Source: an uncultured delta proteobacterium
GTDB taxonomy: Bacteria; Desulfobacterota; Binatia; Binatales; Binataceae
Reading direction: 5' to 3'
Assembly: GCA_963711565.1 (NCBI GenBank)
Contig: CAVQEQ010000003.1
Coordinates: 1,152,001-1,216,000, forward strand
DNA: 64,000 nucleotides
Shown in pieces: positions 52,793 through 63,583 of this stretch. Positions within the stretch are counted from its first letter, which is position 1; every line of letters begins with the position of its first letter. The position numbers were made by a program, and so were the translations under genes. The notes under the pieces are model-generated. The model ran no database searches. It saw only the letters and a program-made list of their open reading frames with translations, and had not been told where the DNA came from.

Positions 52793-52800
52793 TCGGAGGA

Positions 52801-53598
52801 TTAGCGCTCCATGTCCTCCATCTTTTTGTCCATCTCACGGAGCTTGGCCAGCTTCTGATCGGTCGGCTGGTTCTCCTTGTCCGTGTTCGCAGCCACGGTC
52901 TTGGCGCGCTCGGTCGGCATCTCGCCGTTGACCTTTTGCAGCGCTTCCTTGGCGAGGCGCCGCACCGTCTCGCTTTGATCCTGCGCAACGACTGCGTTCA
53001 GCAGCGGGACCGCCTTGTCGCTGCCGATTTCACCGAGCGCAAACACGGCAGTGCCGCGACCGCGCTCATCCTGATCCTCGCCCAAGTACTGCATCACCGG
53101 CATCACGCCCGCCGTGTCGCCGATCCTGCCGAGCGCCGCCACCAGATGCAGCTTGACGATGGGCTCGGTGGAACGCAGGAACAGCATCGTGGACATCGGC
53201 GCCACGGCCGCGTTCGCTTCGCGCGCTCCGAGGATGTCGATGGCCTTTATCTTGACGCGCACGTCTGGGTCGGACAACGAATCGACCAGGATCTGGTTGA
53301 CTTCGGGATCCTGGAGACCGCGAAGTTTCTCGAGTTCGGAGACACGCACTTCGGGATCGGCGTCCTTAAGTCCGAGCTTTACGTCCTTGATGATTTTGAA
53401 CGGCGTTTCGGTGGCCGCGTTACTCTGTATATCGTCAACGCCGGGCTTCACCTGGCCCTGATGCGACATCGGATTGGAACTGAGCGCGCTGCCCAATCCC
53501 TGGCCGCCGTACTGCGCAAAGGCGAGATTCGGAACGGCAAGCGCGAGGCCGAGCGCGAACGCAGCAAATAAATTTCGCGTGGTAATCATTTCCCGCAC
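52801..53598 (-). CDS. Exported HEAT-repeat protein
   Basis: Signal peptide; repeated D.D..VR..A...LG units. Confidence 0.85.
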   Translation of the reverse strand: MREMITTRNLFAAFALGLALAVPNLAFAQYGGQGLGSALSSNPMSHQGQVKPGVDDIQSNAATETPFKIIKDVKLGLKDADPEVRVSELEKLRGLQDPEVNQILVDSLSDPDVRVKIKAIDILGAREANAAVAPMSTMLFLRSTEPIVKLHLVAALGRIGDTAGVMPVMQYLGEDQDERGRGTAVFALGEIGSDKAVPLLNAVVAQDQSETVRRLAKEALQKVNGEMPTERAKTVAANTDKENQPTDQKLAKLREMDKKMEDMER

Positions 53599-53619
53599 CT
53601 CCCCAATCGGCCAGAATTA

Positions 53620-54612
53620 TTGGCGATCATGACTGTCATTGCAAGGAATCCGGCCACGGCGTTAAGACGCGTGGATGTGCGCCGCCGCGTGATGGCCAGC
53701 GTTCTAATCCTCGCGTTCGTGCTGGCGGTTGGCGCCGCCGTGGCGCCGATAATTGCGTCCGGCGCGGCAGCGGACTCGAATCCATCGGCGGAGTCTCAGC
53801 CGGCTCACAAGCACAAGCATCGCTACCTGCCGACTCCGGCGCCGACCCCGATGGCGCTACCGCCCGAGATCAAGGCCAGGGTACCGGCCTATACGCCGGG
53901 GCCGATACCGTTTCACGACGGCGAGCAGCTCATCTACCAGGCCTCGTGGGTCGGGATTCCCGCGGCGCAGGCGCGCCTCGAGTTCCACAAGGAGCAAAAG
54001 CAGGATCAGCAGCGATGGCTCGGCGAAATCTGGATCGAAACCAACGCGTTCGCCGACCTGTTCTACAAGATGCGCGACTACATGAAGGAGAGCATGGCCG
54101 CCGATACGCTGCACACCAGCGGCGTGTACCTGGTCCAGCACGAAAAGTCGCGGCTCAATTACTACGACGTGGCGATCGATCGGCCCGCGCAAATGGTCAC
54201 GATGACCAAGAAGAATCACAAGGGAACGACCAGCAAGGAGTACATCGCGTCGGATCCATGGGGGCCGATTTCGGGCGCGATGATGGCGTTGACGCAGAAC
54301 TTCGAGCCGGGCAAGACCTACGCGTTCGACGTGTTCAGCGGCAGTCAGCGCTACGTTTTCGCGTTCGCCGTCGATAAGCGCGAGAAGATTCATCTCACGC
54401 TGGGCGACTTCGACGCATGGCGCATCGTGCCCAACGTCTGGTACGTCAGCGACGGCGAACTGCGCAGCGAGGCCAGCGGTACGGTGTTGTGGATCTCGGC
54501 GGACGAGCGCCATCTGCCGCTTCGTATTCAATCGCAGGCATACATCGGCTACGTGCGCGCCGACCTGATCGCGATCGACGGCAAGGGCGGCGTCGAGAGC
54601 GCGCAGAACTGA
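53620..54612 (+). CDS. DUF3108-like exported protein; start uncertain
   Basis: PF..GEQL.Y..SW.GI, W.S.D..HLPLRI. Confidence 0.75.
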   Translation: MAIMTVIARNPATALRRVDVRRRVMASVLILAFVLAVGAAVAPIIASGAAADSNPSAESQPAHKHKHRYLPTPAPTPMALPPEIKARVPAYTPGPIPFHDGEQLIYQASWVGIPAAQARLEFHKEQKQDQQRWLGEIWIETNAFADLFYKMRDYMKESMAADTLHTSGVYLVQHEKSRLNYYDVAIDRPAQMVTMTKKNHKGTTSKEYIASDPWGPISGAMMALTQNFEPGKTYAFDVFSGSQRYVFAFAVDKREKIHLTLGDFDAWRIVPNVWYVSDGELRSEASGTVLWISADERHLPLRIQSQAYIGYVRADLIAIDGKGGVESAQN

Positions 54613-54659
54613 TGGCTCCGGCAGCGCACTGAGCTACTGTAGGGCAGGGGAAAAGGACG

Positions 54660-55301
54660 ATGCCGAAGAAGCTCGAATTTTTCTACGATTGCTCGAGTCC
54701 GTGGACCTACCTGGCGTTCACGAAGATCGAGGACGTCGCGCTACGCCACGATGCGCAACTGATCTGGCGGCCGATCCTCGTCGGCGGGCTGTTCAACACG
54801 GTCAATCCTTCGGTGTACGAAAGCCGTGCCAAGCCGGTTCCGGTCAAGGCGAAATATTACGTCAAGGACTTGCGCGACTGGGCGAAGTTTTACGGCCTCA
54901 AGATCGGCAACCCTACCGTGTTCCCGGTCAACTCGGTCAAGGCGATGCGCGGTGCGCTGGTCGCCGACGAGCATCGCGTCATCTCGCGCTACTCCCGACG
55001 CGTGTTCGAGAGCTACTGGACCGACGACAAGGACATCAGCCAGGACGACGTGCTGCGCGAAATCGTGAGTGAAGTCGGCCTCGACGAAAAGGAATTTTTC
55101 TCGAAGATCGCCTCCGACGAGTACAAGGCCAGGCTGCGCGGGAACGTCGAGGAGCTGATTGCGCGCGGCGGTTTTGGCTCGCCGACGATGTTCGTCGAGG
55201 GCTCGATGTTTTTCGGCAACGACCGGCTGCCGCTGGTCGAGCACGAACTGGCGGTCGGAGTGGGCGGGGCCCTGGACCAGGGATCAGGCGGAGCAACCTA
55301 G
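54660..55301 (+). CDS. 2-hydroxychromene-2-carboxylate isomerase / DsbA-like GST-kappa protein
   Basis: FFYDCSSPWTYL, FGSPTMFV...FFGNDRL. Confidence 0.9.
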   Translation: MPKKLEFFYDCSSPWTYLAFTKIEDVALRHDAQLIWRPILVGGLFNTVNPSVYESRAKPVPVKAKYYVKDLRDWAKFYGLKIGNPTVFPVNSVKAMRGALVADEHRVISRYSRRVFESYWTDDKDISQDDVLREIVSEVGLDEKEFFSKIASDEYKARLRGNVEELIARGGFGSPTMFVEGSMFFGNDRLPLVEHELAVGVGGALDQGSGGAT

Positions 55302-55317
55302 TTTCAATCGGGATCCA

Positions 55318-55959
55318 ATGACGCATTGGGCGGAAGGCCACGCACGAACGGACCTGCGCCATGACCTCGGGGATCGCGAAGCCAAAGGCGTGCGCGCGTT
55401 CGTCGCGATCCGGATGAGCGAGCTCGTCGAGGAATCGGTTGCGAAGACGATCGACGAACTGAGGCGTCCGCACGACGGCGTGCGATGGGTGCCGCGGGCC
55501 AACCTGCATATTACGCTCAAGTTCTTGGGACCAGCGGTGGACGCGCATCAGTTGCAGCGACTCACCGGCGGCCTTCATCAGATCGCAACGAAGACCGCGC
55601 CATTCGAGGTCGCCGCGGTGGGAATCGGCGCTTTCCCCGACCTTGAGCATCCGCACGCGATTTGGGTGGGATTACGCAGTGTTGAAGCGGGTGCGCTCGC
55701 GGCGCTGGCAGCGCGGCTCGAGACAGTCGCGGCCAAGCACGGATTCGAGCGCGAGAAGCGACGATGGTCGGGGCATCTGACGATCGGGCGGGTCGGCGAT
55801 CGTCCAATCGCCGCCAAAACGCGCGAAGCGTTACAGGCAGCGCAAGACCGCGAGTTCGGCGTCTCGAAAATCGAATCGATCACGCTCTACCGCAGTCATT
55901 TAGGCCCCGCTGGCGCCAGCTACGAAGCGCTCGCGACATTCCTGTTTCAGTCGCGGTAG
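55318..55959 (+). CDS. thpR: RNA 2',3'-cyclic phosphodiesterase
   Basis: RAFVA, two HxT motifs (HITLKFLG, HLTIGR); directly upstream of recA. Confidence 0.9.
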   Translation: MTHWAEGHARTDLRHDLGDREAKGVRAFVAIRMSELVEESVAKTIDELRRPHDGVRWVPRANLHITLKFLGPAVDAHQLQRLTGGLHQIATKTAPFEVAAVGIGAFPDLEHPHAIWVGLRSVEAGALAALAARLETVAAKHGFEREKRRWSGHLTIGRVGDRPIAAKTREALQAAQDREFGVSKIESITLYRSHLGPAGASYEALATFLFQSR

Positions 55960-56127
55960 CTGCGAGAGTTTTGGCGTTGACAGGAAGTCACAATTGGTTC
56001 TTTCCGTAACACCAACGTTGTGTTGTCAACAGCCCTGTGGACACCGACGGTAACGCGGATAGAGCTATCGACGTGAGTTTATGGCAAGATTCGCACGCAA
56101 TAAACAAATCCCGCGTGAGCAAATACG

Positions 56128-57198
56128 ATGGCGATAGAAATCAAAAGTAAAGCGCTCGATCTGGCGCTCAGCCAAATCGAGAAACAGTTCGGCAAGGGCT
56201 CGATCATGAAACTCGGCGAGCAGGCAATTTCCGCCGACATCGCGGTGGTCCCGACCGGCTCGCTCGGCCTCGACGTCGCGCTCGGCGTCGGCGGATTGCC
56301 GCGCGGGCGCGTGGTGGAAATCTACGGACCCGAGTCGTCGGGCAAGACGACGCTCGCGCTGGAATGTATCGCGGAAGCGCAGAAGATGGGCGGGACGTGC
56401 GCGTTTATCGACGCCGAACACGCGCTCGACGCCGCCTACGCGCGCAAGCTCGGCGTCAAAGTCGAGGACCTGCTCATCTCGCAGCCCGACAACGGCGAGC
56501 AGGCGCTCGAAATAACCGAGACGCTTGTGCAATCGGGCGCGATCGACGTGCTGGTGATCGATTCGGTCGCGGCGCTCGTGCCGCGCGCGGAAATCGAAGG
56601 CGAGATGGGTGAGCCGCAGATGGGCTTGCAGGCCCGCCTGATGTCGCAAGCGCTGCGCAAGCTGACGTCGATCATCTCGCGCTCGCGCACGATCGTTATC
56701 TTCATCAACCAGATCCGGATGAAGATTGGCGTGATGTTCGGCAACCCGGAAACGACCACCGGCGGCAACGCGCTGAAGTTTTACTCGTCGGTGCGACTCG
56801 ACATCCGGCGTATCGGCACGATCAAGAATGCGACCGAAGTGATCGGCTCTCGCACCAAGGTCAAAGTGGTGAAGAACAAGGTCGCGCCCCCGTTTCGCGA
56901 GGCCGAGTTCGACATCCTGTACGGCACCGGCATCTCGAAGGAAGGCGAGCTGGTCGACATGGCGAGCGAGCACAACATCATCGAGAAGCTCGGCGCGTGG
57001 TACTCGTACAACGGCGAGCGAATCGGCCAGGGCCGCGAGAACGCGCGCGACCTGCTCAAGGCAAATCCGAAGCTGGCCGAGGAGATCGAATCAAAGGTGC
57101 GCGAAAAGCTAGCCGCCAAGCCAGTCGCACTACCCCCGGAAGCCGCCGTCGAAGAACCCGAACCCGCGCCAGCGCAAGCCCCCAAGAAAAAAGGCTGA
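56128..57198 (+). CDS. recA: Recombinase RecA
   Basis: [32 protein letters not shown]. Confidence 0.99.
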   Translation: MAIEIKSKALDLALSQIEKQFGKGSIMKLGEQAISADIAVVPTGSLGLDVALGVGGLPRGRVVEIYGPESSGKTTLALECIAEAQKMGGTCAFIDAEHALDAAYARKLGVKVEDLLISQPDNGEQALEITETLVQSGAIDVLVIDSVAALVPRAEIEGEMGEPQMGLQARLMSQALRKLTSIISRSRTIVIFINQIRMKIGVMFGNPETTTGGNALKFYSSVRLDIRRIGTIKNATEVIGSRTKVKVVKNKVAPPFREAEFDILYGTGISKEGELVDMASEHNIIEKLGAWYSYNGERIGQGRENARDLLKANPKLAEEIESKVREKLAAKPVALPPEAAVEEPEPAPAQAPKKKG

Positions 57199-57211
57199 CG
57201 TCTTAAATACT

Positions 57212-57273
57212 GGGTGCAGGGGTCACCCCTGCCGAAGGAAGCGTGAAACCCACCGCGGGTTTCACATTCAATT
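57212..57273 (+). repeat. Family A repeat, copy 3, 5' part
   Basis: GCAGGGG-TCA-CCCCTGC and GTGAAACCC-N5-GGGTTTCAC hairpins, ending in CATTCAATT. Confidence 0.85.
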
Positions 57274-57280
57274 AGTCTCC

Positions 57281-58261
57281 TCACATCCCTACATGGAAAT
57301 GCGCGAGTATCGCCGGCCCGTTGTGCGACAGTATCCGCGATAGTGCGAATATCAGCCCGAAGAACGCGCCGAACAGGCCGCCGTTGACGCGAATCCAGTC
57401 GAGATGCGTGCGCGTCTTCGATTCAATCTGAATCCTGATCTGATCGTCCGACAGCCGCGCGAGATTCTCGCGGACCATCAGCGTTATCTGGCCACGGCTC
57501 GATTCCACCGTCCTGCGCACCAGGTTGTCGATCAATCGCTGCGCAAATTGATTCGCGTAGCTCTCGGGATCGTGCAGCTGAATTCCGAACTCGTGAATCG
57601 CGCTTTCGATCGTGTCGCGCAGCTCGGGATCGTTCTGCAGCTCGGGCAGCCGCTTGCGCAGGTTCGCCGCGATACGCGCGCCGATCGACTCCGCTCCGAA
57701 CCGGCTCATCACCGCATAGATTCGCGTGACAGTCTTCGGCAGCATCCGCTTGAGCACTTTCTCGAGTCGCTCGCGTTTCTCCGCTGAATCGAGGTAATCA
57801 ATCGCCTGCGTGATTATCCGCTCAAGGCCGGCCTGCCCCAGTATGTCGTTGAGCGTAAGTTCCTGCAGATACGTGCCGAGGCGGCCGACGAGATCCATAT
57901 CGCCGAGCTTGCGCCCAATCATCTGCGGCGTAAGCCATTCGTTCTCGATCGTCGCGGCGATTCCATCGATCAGCTTGGCGCGATTTCGCGGCAGCACGCC
58001 GGAGTTCGGCAGGTACCATCGCCGCTCGAAGATCATTTTGAGCGCGATATAGTCGCAGAGGCCGCCGATGAGCGCCGCCTCCGCCATCGAGACCGCAATC
58101 TCCGACAACGTCTTGAAATGCGTAAACATCAGGGCGGCCAGGCTGACGAGGTAGATGAAGAACGAAAACGCCAGCGTCAGATCGCCCTTGTGCATGAGAA
58201 AAAAGTTGGTGAACGAGAAAGGCTCGCGGGTGCGGGTAGGCGCGTCGATAGTGATGTCCAT
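57281..58261 (-). CDS. DUF445 family membrane protein
   Basis: EAALIGGLCDYIAL.MIF, HLDWIRVNGGLFG. Confidence 0.85.
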   Translation of the reverse strand: MDITIDAPTRTREPFSFTNFFLMHKGDLTLAFSFFIYLVSLAALMFTHFKTLSEIAVSMAEAALIGGLCDYIALKMIFERRWYLPNSGVLPRNRAKLIDGIAATIENEWLTPQMIGRKLGDMDLVGRLGTYLQELTLNDILGQAGLERIITQAIDYLDSAEKRERLEKVLKRMLPKTVTRIYAVMSRFGAESIGARIAANLRKRLPELQNDPELRDTIESAIHEFGIQLHDPESYANQFAQRLIDNLVRRTVESSRGQITLMVRENLARLSDDQIRIQIESKTRTHLDWIRVNGGLFGAFFGLIFALSRILSHNGPAILAHFHVGM

Positions 58262-58330
58262 GAGATCCAGTGTGTCCGACGCATCGCGTCGGGCCAACCG
58301 CTCGCCGCAGTCGAAACCCTGCTTCTCCAA

Positions 58331-58585
58331 TAACCTCTCCTTGTCCGAGGAGAGGTCGGCGAAAGCCGCGCAGCGGTGTCGCCGGGTGAGGTGCAACGCC
58401 CGACACAGCACTCACCCCAACTCATCTAACCGCAATTCACCGACACTGGTCCGACGCCAACCAGCAGCACGACTTTCTGACTTCCTGCAGAAAGTACAAC
58501 GCGCTCACTGCGACGGCTGGCGTTGCACCTCTCCCGTCGCTCACCTTCGGCTCGCGCCGACCTCTCCTCGGACAAGGAGAGGTTA
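58331..58585. repeat. Family B inverted doublet (REPIN/MITE-like, 255 bp)
   Basis: Perfect 31-bp inverted repeats 58331-58361 / 58555-58585, plus a 17/18 inner pair 58383-58400 / 58519-58536. Confidence 0.9.
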
Positions 58586-58589
58586 AGAT

Positions 58590-58617
58590 CATTCAATTGA
58601 GTGATTTACCCTTCCCC
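58590..58617 (+). repeat. Family A repeat, 3' tail
   Basis: CATTCAATTGAGTGATTTACCCTTCCCC matches the tails of copies 1 and 2. Confidence 0.7.
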
Positions 58618-58635
58618 GGCTAGAATCAGAACGAC

Positions 58636-61305
58636 ATGCGCTGGACTACCGCAAAAATTCGCCAATCGTTTCTCGACTTCTTCGCCGAGCGCGGTCACAC
58701 GATCGTGCCCTCTGCCTCGCTGATTCCCAAGGGCGACCCGACCCTGCTCTTCGTCAACGCCGGGATGGTGCAGTTCAAGGATTATTTCCTCGGCGTGCGC
58801 ACGCCGTCGCATCTGCGCGTAGTGGACATTCAGAAGTGTCTCCGCATATCGGGCAAACACAACGATCTCGAAGCCGTCGGCCGCGACACTTACCATCACA
58901 CGTTTTTCGAGATGCTCGGCAACTGGTCGTTCGGCGACTACTACAAGGAAGAAGCCATTCGATGGCATTGGGAGCTCATCACCAGGGTCTGGGAAATCGA
59001 TCCGAAGCTGCTCTATGCGACCGTGCACAAGGACGACAAAGAGTCCAAGGACATCTGGCTGAAGCTCAAAGTCCTTCCGCCAGAGCGGATTCTTGAATTC
59101 GGCGACAAGGATAATTTCTGGGAGATGGGCGAGACGGGCCCATGCGGTCCGTGCTCGGAAATCAGCATCGATCGCGGCGAAGCTGCGTGCACGCCGGAAA
59201 AGAATCACGCGGGCGAGAAATGCTTCGTCAACGTTGACGGATGCGAGCGCTTCATCGAGATGGGCAATCTCGTTTTCATCCAATATAACCGCGACGCGTC
59301 GGGCAAGCTGAATCCGCTCGCGAAAAAGCACGTCGATACGGGTTCAGGACTCGAGCGTATTGCGGCGGCAATGCAAAGCATCGAGACCGGTAAGATCCTC
59401 GGCAACTACGAGATCGATCTGTTCCAGACGATAATCAAAAAAATCGAAATAGCCGCGAAGGAAGTCGGCAACGGCAGCCCGTACGGCACGGACGAGGAAC
59501 GCGACATCTCTTATCGCGCTATTGCGGATCACGCGCGCACGATGACCTTTCTCATCGCGGACGGCATCACGCCCGGCAACACCGATCGCGAGTACGTGCT
59601 CCGCCGAATCATTCGGCGCGCCGCCCGTCACGGCCGCTATCTTGGAATCCATCGCCCCTTCCTTGCGGCGGCGCATGCGGGCGTGGTCGAGGCGATGGGC
59701 GCTGCGTATCCAGAGATCAAAGCCGCAGCGGCCAAGACCGGCGAGGTGATCACGCAGGAGGAGTCGCGCTTCGGCGAGACGCTCGATCGTGGGCTGGAAC
59801 TGATCGACACCGAACTCGCGCGGATCAAGAAGAGCGGCGGTCACACGCTGCCCGGCGAGATCGCGTTCAAGCTCTACGATACTTACGGCTTCCCGCTCGA
59901 TCTGACCGAGGACGTGCTGCGCAACCACTCGATGGATGTCGACGTCGCCGGCTTCAACCGCCTGATGGACGAGCAGAAGGAGCGCGGTCGTGCCGCGCGC
60001 AAGGACGACGGTGTCGCGCCGGAGATCAGTCTCGGCGCGGGCACCGCGTCGCGATTCGTCGGCTACCACGACTACGACGCCGAGTCCGAAGTGCTGGCAG
60101 CCGCGGGCGGCAAGGACGCCGATCACGTAGCAATTGTCGTCGCGGAAACGCCCTTCTATCCCGAGGGCGGCGGCCAGGTCGGAGACCGCGGCGTGATCGA
60201 GACGGCGTCAGGCGCGATTCTCGAAGTATCGGACACGCGCAAGGCCGAAGGCTCGATTGTTCACGTCGGCCGGATTCTGCGCGGCAATGCGGAGGACTTC
60301 GCGCGCGGCGCGCGCGTCAAGCTCAAGGTCGATCGGCTCAGGCGCGACGCGGCGATGCTGAATCATTCCGCGACCCACATCCTGCACTACGCGCTGCGCG
60401 ACGTGCTCGGCAGTTCGGTGCATCAGGCGGGCTCGCTGGTCGATCCCGACAAGCTGCGCTTCGATTTCGCGCATCAGGGGCCGGTCAAGGACGACGCGCT
60501 CGCGACTATCGAGGAAGAAATCAACGCGCGCATCCGCGAGAACGCCGAAGTGACCGTCGAGGAAATGGCGTACGACGACGCGATCAAGGCGGGCGCGCTC
60601 GCATTCTTCGGCGACAAGTACGGCGACCGCGTGCGCGTGGTCAGGATGGGCGATTTTTCGGTCGAGCTATGCGGCGGCACGCATATCTCGCGCACGGGAG
60701 ACGTTGGGATGTTCAAGCTCGAAGCGGAATCGGGAGTCGCAGCGGGCGTGCGCCGAATCGAAGCCGTGACGGGACAGGGCGCGCTCGAAACGATTCGCAA
60801 GCGCGAGAAAATTCTCGAGGAAATCGGCGCGCAGCTTGGCGCACGCGATGGCGCCGCGGTCGAGCGGCTCGAAAAACTCCTCGCGCGCGAAAAGGAGCTC
60901 GAGAAAAAGCTGCGCGCGATGGAACAGAAGCTCGCGACCGGCGCCGGCGGCGCGTCATCCGAGGAAAATGTACGCGACGTCGGCGGCATCAAAGTCGTCA
61001 CGCGCAAACTCGACGGCGTCGATCCGCGCACGATGCGCGAGATGGCCGATCGGATGCGTCAGAAGCACGGCTCCGCGGTAGTCGCGCTCGGCTCGGACCT
61101 CGGCGACGGCAAGGTGGCGCTGCTGGTCGCGGTAACCCCCGACCTGACGGCGAAAATCAAAGCCGGCGACATCATCAAGAATATCGCGCCGATCGTCGGC
61201 GGTACCGGCGGCGGCCGCCCCGACCTCGCGCAAGCCGGCGGCCGCGACGCCTCGAAGCTCGACGAGGCGCTGGCCAAAGTCGCGAAAATCTGCGAACAAC
61301 CGTAG
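58636..61305 (+). CDS. alaS: Alanyl-tRNA synthetase
   Basis: DPTLLFVNAGM, HHTFFEMLGN, NHSATH, ELCGGTH, GGGRPDLAQAGG. Confidence 0.99.
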   Translation: MRWTTAKIRQSFLDFFAERGHTIVPSASLIPKGDPTLLFVNAGMVQFKDYFLGVRTPSHLRVVDIQKCLRISGKHNDLEAVGRDTYHHTFFEMLGNWSFGDYYKEEAIRWHWELITRVWEIDPKLLYATVHKDDKESKDIWLKLKVLPPERILEFGDKDNFWEMGETGPCGPCSEISIDRGEAACTPEKNHAGEKCFVNVDGCERFIEMGNLVFIQYNRDASGKLNPLAKKHVDTGSGLERIAAAMQSIETGKILGNYEIDLFQTIIKKIEIAAKEVGNGSPYGTDEERDISYRAIADHARTMTFLIADGITPGNTDREYVLRRIIRRAARHGRYLGIHRPFLAAAHAGVVEAMGAAYPEIKAAAAKTGEVITQEESRFGETLDRGLELIDTELARIKKSGGHTLPGEIAFKLYDTYGFPLDLTEDVLRNHSMDVDVAGFNRLMDEQKERGRAARKDDGVAPEISLGAGTASRFVGYHDYDAESEVLAAAGGKDADHVAIVVAETPFYPEGGGQVGDRGVIETASGAILEVSDTRKAEGSIVHVGRILRGNAEDFARGARVKLKVDRLRRDAAMLNHSATHILHYALRDVLGSSVHQAGSLVDPDKLRFDFAHQGPVKDDALATIEEEINARIRENAEVTVEEMAYDDAIKAGALAFFGDKYGDRVRVVRMGDFSVELCGGTHISRTGDVGMFKLEAESGVAAGVRRIEAVTGQGALETIRKREKILEEIGAQLGARDGAAVERLEKLLAREKELEKKLRAMEQKLATGAGGASSEENVRDVGGIKVVTRKLDGVDPRTMREMADRMRQKHGSAVVALGSDLGDGKVALLVAVTPDLTAKIKAGDIIKNIAPIVGGTGGGRPDLAQAGGRDASKLDEALAKVAKICEQP

Positions 61306-61406
61306 GACGGAATTTATTCCGTCGCCGCAGCCTCAGAACCGACGCGCAATACCTCGTCCAATTCGGGAAAGGAAAACAAGGGCCGACGAAATAAATTTCG
61401 TCCTAC
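61302..61406. repeat. GTAG-type REP doublet
   Basis: GTAGGACGGAATTTATTCCGTCG (61302-61324) and inverted CGACGAAATAAATTTCGTCCTAC (61384-61406). Confidence 0.85.
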
Positions 61407-61522
61407 TTTGCAGCCACTTTCATACACCTCTCAAAATGATTACCATTAGCCTCGCCGGTGATTGAACGAATGCCGACCGGCGGGCGACCGACACGAAATC
61501 AGTACCTCAAGAGGCCCCGGCG

Positions 61523-62535
<1,013 letters not shown>

Positions 62536-62539
<4 letters not shown>

Positions 62540-63030
62540 AGCGCGTGACGGTCGAGTTCCGGTGCGCGACGGCGCGCGGACGTGGCTACGCGCGCGGCCT
62601 GCGCGCCGACGCGGATAGGCTGATGCGCGCGGCGGGTCTCGGTGAATGCGAGTTGTCGCTCACGCTGACCTCGGACCGCGCGATGCGCCGGCTGAATCGC
62701 GACTTCCGCGGAATCGATACGCCCACGGACGTTCTCTCCTTCTCGCAGATCGAGCAGGCGGGCGTCGCGCCACCGAATCCGCGCAACGTGAGGAACAGTC
62801 CGGGACTTCCCGTCGGCGACGTGGTCATTTCGATCGATACCGCACTCCGGCAGGCGCGTGAGTATCAAGTGAGCCCTACGTCGCGATTGCGCACGCTCCT
62901 GATTCACGGGTTTCTGCATCTGATCGGCTACGACCACGAACGCTCGGCCGCAGACGCGCGGCGAATGTTCGCGCGCGAGCGAAAGCTGGCCGCGAAGATC
63001 GAAGAGAAGGGGGGCGATTGTTCGCGATGA
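62536..63030 (+). CDS. ybeY: rRNA maturation factor YbeY
   Basis: LNRDFRG.D.PTDVLSF, HGFLHLIGYDH. Confidence 0.95.
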
Positions 63031-63581
63031 GCCGCGAGCTCGCAAAGATTCCCGCAGTTGCGATGCTGACGCATTTCACGCGCGCCTCGACCGCCGCGAC
63101 TGCGCTGGACAACCTCGTGACGATTCTCAAGGATGGCGTGATTCGCGGCGGCACTCGCATGATCCGCGGCGCGCATCCCGCGGTTTGCATGTTCGACGTG
63201 CCGATCCCCGAGTTGCGCACGATACTCGACCGGCGCAATCGGCGCCGCTATGAACCATTCGGGATCGCCGTCAACAAACGCTATGCTTTCACAATGGGTG
63301 CGCGGCCGGTGATTTATTTGCCATGGCGCGAGGCGGAGAAAATTCTCGCGCCGGAAGAAAGTTGGCGCGTGGTGTCGCTTGAGATCGACAAGACTCCGCC
63401 GATCGATTGGAGCTTCGAGCGCGAATGGCGCGCCGCCGGCGATCTTAGGTTCGAACCGCCGCTGACGGCCGCGCTGGTCGAAACCTGGAAGGACGTGGAC
63501 GAGATCTTCGAGCGCTTCAACGGCCGCCCGCCATGCGCCGGCGTGATTCCTGTTGCCGAGATGTTTGGCTCCCCCGCCTGA
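63027..63581 (+). CDS. Hypothetical protein, AbiGi-like
   Basis: LTHFT, L..IL..G, VCMFDVP, Y..FGIA, G.RPVIY, EREWR; overlaps the ybeY stop. Confidence 0.6.
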   Translation: MSRELAKIPAVAMLTHFTRASTAATALDNLVTILKDGVIRGGTRMIRGAHPAVCMFDVPIPELRTILDRRNRRRYEPFGIAVNKRYAFTMGARPVIYLPWREAEKILAPEESWRVVSLEIDKTPPIDWSFEREWRAAGDLRFEPPLTAALVETWKDVDEIFERFNGRPPCAGVIPVAEMFGSPA

Positions 63582-63583
63582 CG

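Noticed and set aside
55996-56013. Geobacter-type LexA box (GGTT-N11-ACC) upstream of recA
   Set aside because: Only the outer bases match; the inner conserved positions do not, and I saw no second copy.
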